In this document: one piece after another, positions 38,615 to 43,446 of the stretch
Numbering within the stretch: position 1 is the first letter of the stretch
How the letters are laid out: each line of letters opens with the position of its first letter
NCBI GenBank assembly: GCA_964517155.1
Contig: CAZFAZ010000055.1
Location: forward strand, 1 to 43,446
Source of the DNA: an uncultured Thermoplasmatales archaeon
GTDB taxonomy: Archaea > Thermoplasmatota > E2 > DHVEG-1
Direction of reading: 5' to 3'
Length of the DNA stretch: 43,446 bases
Made by a program: the position numbers and the translations under genes
Notes under the pieces: model-generated
What the model was told of the DNA's origin: nothing
The model's input: only the letters and a program-made list of their open reading frames with translations
Databases searched by the model: none

Positions 38615-39556
38615 ATGATAAATAAAAAAATCTTATATTCAATTATGCTGTGCATTGCAATGATAACAGTTTCATTATCCGGCTGTATCGACAATCAAAC
38701 CTCAGATAGAGTCGGTGTTTTAGTAACCATTGTTCCACAAGCTGAAATGGTAGAATTTATCGGCGGAGAATACATTGATGTTACAATTATGGTTCCAGCA
38801 GGTCAAAGTCCTCATTCTTTTGAACCAACACCAGATCAGATGAAAAAAGTTGCCAAAGCAACAGCATATTTCACGGTTGGTTCTGATGTTGAGTTTGAAG
38901 TTGTTTACATGGATACAATTCTTGAGCAAAAATCAGATTTACAGGTTTTTGATTGCTCAGAAGACATCTCTGTTATTTCTTTTGATGAGCATTATGGAAA
39001 AGAAAATCATCATGAAAACGAACAAGATAATGAAAATGAAAGAGAGGCGGGTCATGATCACACAGGAACAGATCCACATATATGGACATCACCCGAAAAT
39101 TTCAAAAAAATGGCTGAAGTAGTCTATAATGGCCTTGTTAAAATAGATCCCGGCAATCAAGAACAGTATTACACAAACTATCAAGCATACATATCTAAAC
39201 TTGATAATCTACACACAAATGTTAGTAACTTGTTACAACCATATGAAGGCAAATCTTTTATGGTGTATCATCCAGCATGGGGTTATTTTGGAGATGCCTA
39301 TAATCTAAAAATGATTGCAATTGAAGATGAAGGAAAACAACCAGGTCCAGCAGGAATTGATGCAATTATTTCTCAAGCCAAAGATGAAAATATAACAGTT
39401 ATTTTTGTTGCACCACAATTTGATACATCAAGTGCAGAAACAATTGCAGATGAAATAGGCGGAAATGTTGTTTTTGCAAATCCTTTGATGAATAATTATG
39501 AAGAAACAGTTACAAAACTTGCTGAAGATATGGTTACTGGATTTAAAAATAGTTAA
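38615..39556 (+). CDS. znuA: Zn/Mn ABC transporter substrate-binding lipoprotein
   Basis: LSGC lipobox, SPHSFEP, His/Glu-rich loop, DPHIW, YHPAWGYF. Confidence 0.9.
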   Translation: MINKKILYSIMLCIAMITVSLSGCIDNQTSDRVGVLVTIVPQAEMVEFIGGEYIDVTIMVPAGQSPHSFEPTPDQMKKVAKATAYFTVGSDVEFEVVYMDTILEQKSDLQVFDCSEDISVISFDEHYGKENHHENEQDNENEREAGHDHTGTDPHIWTSPENFKKMAEVVYNGLVKIDPGNQEQYYTNYQAYISKLDNLHTNVSNLLQPYEGKSFMVYHPAWGYFGDAYNLKMIAIEDEGKQPGPAGIDAIISQAKDENITVIFVAPQFDTSSAETIADEIGGNVVFANPLMNNYEETVTKLAEDMVTGFKNS

Positions 39557-39623
39557 ATCCAATAATTAATTATATTCATAAAACATTTTCAGTTAAATAA
39601 ATTGTAAGGAGCAAAAGTTTTCA

Positions 39624-40409
39624 ATGCAAAAAAACGTTGCAATTGAGTTAAAAAATATCTCTGCAGGATATGACAATGAAATTGTAATAGAAAATATAAA
39701 TTGTAACATTTATAGTAAAGATTTCTTTGGAATAATCGGTCCTAATGGTGGAGGAAAATCCACTCTTCTAAAAATAATACTTGGTTTGTTACATCCAAAA
39801 AAAGGCACTATACACATCTATGGACAACCACCTAAAATTGGACGTAAAAATATAGGTTATGTCCCACAATATTCAGAGTATGATAAACATTATCCTATCT
39901 CTGTATGGGATGTTGTATTAATGGGCCGTAGAAGTATTCGAGGGAGTCATCCTCTGTATTCATCTGATGATAAAAAAGCAACAATTGATGCTTTAAAAAA
40001 AGTTAATATGTTAGAATATAAAAAACGACATATAAGTGAACTTTCTGGCGGGCAAAGACAAAGAGTTTTTATTGCTCGTGCTCTTGTATCAAATCCTAAA
40101 ATTTTACTACTGGATGAACCAACTGCAAGTATTGACAAAGATTTACAGATAAATTTTTATAACCTTTTAAAAGAATTGAACAAATCTGTTACAATTCTTC
40201 TTGTAACCCATGATATTGGTGTTATTTCATCATATGTTGACCGTGTTGCTTGTCTTAATCATTTTATGTTTACTCATGATGATGAAAAAACTATAAGTAA
40301 AGAAATGCTTGAAAAGACATATAGTTGCCCAGTAGATCTAATCGCCCATGGAGTCCCTCATAGAGTACTTGATGAACATAAAAAAAGTAATAAAAAAGGT
40401 GTAAAATAG
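39624..40409 (+). CDS. znuC: Zn/Mn ABC transporter ATP-binding protein
   Basis: GPNGGGKS, IGYVPQ, LSGGQ, LLDEP, C-terminal His/Cys. Confidence 0.92.
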   Translation: MQKNVAIELKNISAGYDNEIVIENINCNIYSKDFFGIIGPNGGGKSTLLKIILGLLHPKKGTIHIYGQPPKIGRKNIGYVPQYSEYDKHYPISVWDVVLMGRRSIRGSHPLYSSDDKKATIDALKKVNMLEYKKRHISELSGGQRQRVFIARALVSNPKILLLDEPTASIDKDLQINFYNLLKELNKSVTILLVTHDIGVISSYVDRVACLNHFMFTHDDEKTISKEMLEKTYSCPVDLIAHGVPHRVLDEHKKSNKKGVK

Positions 40410-40410
40410 T

Positions 40411-41274
40411 TTGGTTGCAGATATTTTTGAGATGGTTCAGTACCCTTTTGTTCAAAGGATGTTTATAGCAGGACTGCTGGCAAGTTTTGCCTGTGGAATT
40501 ATTGGAACTTATGTTGTTGTTAAACGTGTTGTTTTTATTAGTGGAGGTATTGCTCATACTACTTTTGGAGGTATTGGATTTGCTTATTATCTTCAGTATT
40601 TGGGCATAGTATTTATTGAACCTTTGGTTGGTGCTTTGATTTTTGCACTTGTGGCTGCTGTTATTATGGGTCTTCCTTTTATCCGAACTCGTCTCAGAGA
40701 AGACTCGACAATTGGTATTTTATGGGTTGTTGGTATGGCTCTTGGAGTATTGTTTTTAAATCAGGTTGATAGAAATGAAATACTTGTTCAGGATCCGGTT
40801 AGTATCTTATTTGGAAATGTACTTTTAATTAAGATGCAGGATATATATCTTATGTTTGGACTTTTAATTTTAATTATTTTTGTTACTATTTTTTTGTATA
40901 AGGATTTACATCTTCTAACTTTTGATGAAGAATTTGCTCGCATCTCTGGTATAAAAGTTGATATGTTATATTTGGTTTTAATGGTTTTAATCGCACTTAC
41001 TACAGTTGTTTTGATTAAAGTTGTTGGTGTTGTTCTTGTTATTGCGATGCTTACTATTCCTGCAGCAATTTCTAATCTTTTTACTCATAATCTTAAAAAT
41101 ATGATGTTTTTTGCAATAATTATTGGTTGTATCGTTACTTTTTATGGGTCATTAATGTCTCTTAATTATGATTTGCCACCAGGCGCAACCATTGTTATTT
41201 CACTTGCTACTTTATTTATTATAACTCTTTTTGTGAAAAATATAAAACAAGTTTTTGTAAAAACTGTCTATTAA
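40411..41274 (+). CDS. znuB: Zn/Mn ABC transporter permease
   Basis: GIAHTTFGG, LFGNVL, FDEEFA, KVVGVVLV..PA. Confidence 0.92.
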   Translation: MVADIFEMVQYPFVQRMFIAGLLASFACGIIGTYVVVKRVVFISGGIAHTTFGGIGFAYYLQYLGIVFIEPLVGALIFALVAAVIMGLPFIRTRLREDSTIGILWVVGMALGVLFLNQVDRNEILVQDPVSILFGNVLLIKMQDIYLMFGLLILIIFVTIFLYKDLHLLTFDEEFARISGIKVDMLYLVLMVLIALTTVVLIKVVGVVLVIAMLTIPAAISNLFTHNLKNMMFFAIIIGCIVTFYGSLMSLNYDLPPGATIVISLATLFIITLFVKNIKQVFVKTVY

Positions 41275-41339
41275 AATTACAATATTTTTTAAGCAAGAAA
41301 ACACCAAACAACAATAAGATAGATAATTAACTTGGAAAA

Positions 41340-42422
41340 TTACACAATGTCTTTTTCAATAAATTTAGAGTTCATTAGGCGTGCGACTGCCATATAATCT
41401 GGAGAAAATCTTAAAATCTTTCCTGTTTTGTAATCTTTAGGTTTTTTACCAAGACTATAAACTGTTAAATCAGATGTTGTACCAACAAAGTGAGCTCCTT
41501 GATCTTTAGGTTTTATATTATTAATATCAACATCAACTACTCCAAAGTCTAATACTGCTTTATATTCTTGAGCGATGTCTGTTGATTTAGCTTTTAAATC
41601 GGCATGTCCAACATTGCCATTACCAATAACCCCATCAGGTATTCTCTCTTTTTTTTCAAATTCAACAATATTTGCATCAAACTCAAAAGCATTAGTAGAT
41701 AGATTTAAAAATTTTTTATTAGTAAATGGTGATGTTCCTAAAAAAATTGCTTCTCCTATTCTAAGATGATTTACTGTTTTTGGAACTTTTCCTTTTCCAA
41801 GTAAAGGTAATGTAATAGAACTTCCTCCGGATACAAGTTTCAAATCTCTTTGAAATTTAATCTCAATTAGTTGTTCATAGAGACTTAACTGAATAAGTTT
41901 ATCAAAAGTTGGCTCAATTCCATACATGCATCCAAGGTTTGTACCAATTCCAATTACATCAATATTTTTTAAATTAAATACTTTTGAATAAAAATCTAAA
42001 AATTTTTCACGAACAACACCTTCACGAAGTTCACCCATTTCAATCATAATTATTATTTTATGATTTTTTTTCTGATTCTTTGCTTCTTCATTTAATTTCT
42101 TAATAGTTGAAAACTCTGTATTTAAAGAAATATCTGCATATTTAACAATATTTTTTATATAAATTGAAGAAGGGGGTTTAAGATACATTGTTATAAGATT
42201 AGGATTAATTTTTTTTATTGTTCGTAAACTAGAAACTCTTGAATCGCCAATTGAATGTGTTCCAAGAATTACTTCGTCATGTAATATTTTTTCTAAAAGA
42301 GGTTTGTAACCACCTAGGACTTTGGTAACAAAAGTCCACTCTTTATCATATTTATGACAATAATCATTCATTTTAGAAATATTTTTAATTATTTTATCAG
42401 GAAATATTCTCAATTTAGCCAT
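41340..42422 (-). CDS. Alanine/ornithine racemase family PLP enzyme
   Basis: FVTKVLGG PLP-Lys, IGDSR, MGELREG, GTNLGC, SGGSS, HLRIGE. Confidence 0.88.
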   Translation of the reverse strand: MAKLRIFPDKIIKNISKMNDYCHKYDKEWTFVTKVLGGYKPLLEKILHDEVILGTHSIGDSRVSSLRTIKKINPNLITMYLKPPSSIYIKNIVKYADISLNTEFSTIKKLNEEAKNQKKNHKIIIMIEMGELREGVVREKFLDFYSKVFNLKNIDVIGIGTNLGCMYGIEPTFDKLIQLSLYEQLIEIKFQRDLKLVSGGSSITLPLLGKGKVPKTVNHLRIGEAIFLGTSPFTNKKFLNLSTNAFEFDANIVEFEKKERIPDGVIGNGNVGHADLKAKSTDIAQEYKAVLDFGVVDVDINNIKPKDQGAHFVGTTSDLTVYSLGKKPKDYKTGKILRFSPDYMAVARLMNSKFIEKDIV

Positions 42423-42887
42423 TTAAACTTTATCTCCATTTTTATATCTCATTTCTGCATATTTAGTTGTAAAACCAACATGTTTATAAATCTCAAAAGC
42501 TGGGTTATCATACTCTACATGCAAAGATATATCACCATCACAAATCTCAATTGCTTTTAATATTAATTTTTTACCAATTCCTTTACCGCGATATTTTTTA
42601 TCAACAGCAATATACACAAGAACATGCTCAGGGATATAACCAGACATGCCAGAATTATTAATCACAATTTCACCTAAAACTACTCCATCTTCTATTGCTG
42701 CTAGTAAAAAACCACCTTTTCCTTGGACATCTGAAAAAGCATAATCAACTGCTTTGGATATATCTTCTTTAGAATCTTTATATTGTCCAAGATGGCAATG
42801 TAAAAAATCAATAAATTTTTTTTCGGGTAAAATTTTTGGAAATTCTATTTTTTTATTAATCTGTATTATATCAAGAATATTGTTCAC
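42423..42887 (-). CDS. GNAT family N-acetyltransferase
   Basis: LVYIAV..YRGKGIG, LHVEYDNPA..Y..GF. Confidence 0.92.
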   Translation of the reverse strand: MNNILDIIQINKKIEFPKILPEKKFIDFLHCHLGQYKDSKEDISKAVDYAFSDVQGKGGFLLAAIEDGVVLGEIVINNSGMSGYIPEHVLVYIAVDKKYRGKGIGKKLILKAIEICDGDISLHVEYDNPAFEIYKHVGFTTKYAEMRYKNGDKV

Positions 42888-43010
42888 CTCATTGCATACT
42901 TGTTATATTAACCATTTTTTTATTCATATCTTAACTTTTTTTTAAAAAAAACAGAAAAAATTCCTGCATTTTTCTAAAATAAATAGATGATCTGAATTTA
43001 TAGCTATTTG

Positions 43011-43157
43011 CTAAACAAAACCCCTCTTTTTATCATCTTTAGGAAGTAGACCATGTTGAAAACCACAGTTAGAACAAACCAGTTGATATTTTCTAGGTTC
43101 TACTTCTTTTTTTATCATTGTTCGTTTTCCACATTCAGGACAAATAAAACCTTCCAT
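43011..43157 (-). CDS. Small CPxCG zinc-finger protein, 48 aa (absent from ORF track)
   Basis: MEGFICPECGKRTMIKKEVEPRKYQLVCSNCGFQHGLLPKDDKKRGFV*. Confidence 0.8.
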   Translation of the reverse strand: MEGFICPECGKRTMIKKEVEPRKYQLVCSNCGFQHGLLPKDDKKRGFV

Positions 43158-43353
43158 ACTATCCCATACGACTTTCTTCTAAACCGGTTTATCTTATAAT
43201 AAATTTTTGTTTTGCAGAATTACTCTTAAAATAAAATCGGTGAATCTAAGTCAATGGTAATCTAGCAATTTTTTCGTTCATTGATAGGGACTTTCGAAAC
43301 TACTGCTAATACACACTCAAATAATTTTTACCAAAAAGATGAATATGAGTGAA

Positions 43354-43446
43354 ATAAGGGCTGTGCCCTTATAATCCCCTAATTACGCCTTCGCTTCCTC
43401 GGCAAGCCCTAACGGTCATGCCGCATCCACGCTCGGCGGCGATATA
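43354..43446. other. GC-rich hairpin-forming non-coding element (truncated by the window edge)
   Basis: ATAAGGGC/GCCCTTAT, GCTT/AAGC and GCCGC/GCGGC stems; abrupt GC rise. Confidence 0.4.

Noticed and set aside
1..43446. CRISPR array, transposase, integrase or rRNA
   Set aside because: No regularly spaced repeats, recombinase motifs or long GC-rich RNA genes were seen.

Overview
AT-rich archaeal chromosomal segment. Archaeal-type LeuRS and PheRS-alpha, Hef, Nob1, Dph2, UPF0147 and TATA/GGTGA signals point to Thermoplasmatota, plausibly MBG-D/Thermoprofundales (inference). Mostly housekeeping: leuS, hef, nfo-like, hxlB, hisS-nob1-S26 peptidase, nadA-iscS-iscU-queD-queC, dph2, tRNA-Ile(GAT), pheS. 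It also carries a two-component cluster, an ArsR/ArsP redox cluster, a NikR-family regulator divergent from a ZnuABC-type transporter, and a GNAT-racemase pair. Most notable: (1) a 2.26-kb integrase-less islet bounded by 56-bp perfect direct repeats of the pheS 3' end, encoding a SAM-dependent methyltransferase plus a CorA-like membrane protein (candidate defence system); (2) a foreign-looking GTDC1/QTMAN-like glycosyltransferase next to a truncated DUF2703 gene; (3) a catalytically dead S26-like protein divergent from a response regulator/kinase/HAMP-PAS-PAS operon; (4) unannotated small ORFs, candidate near-cognate start codons, and recurrent strand-skew switch points. All family calls are from motif recognition; no database searches were run.
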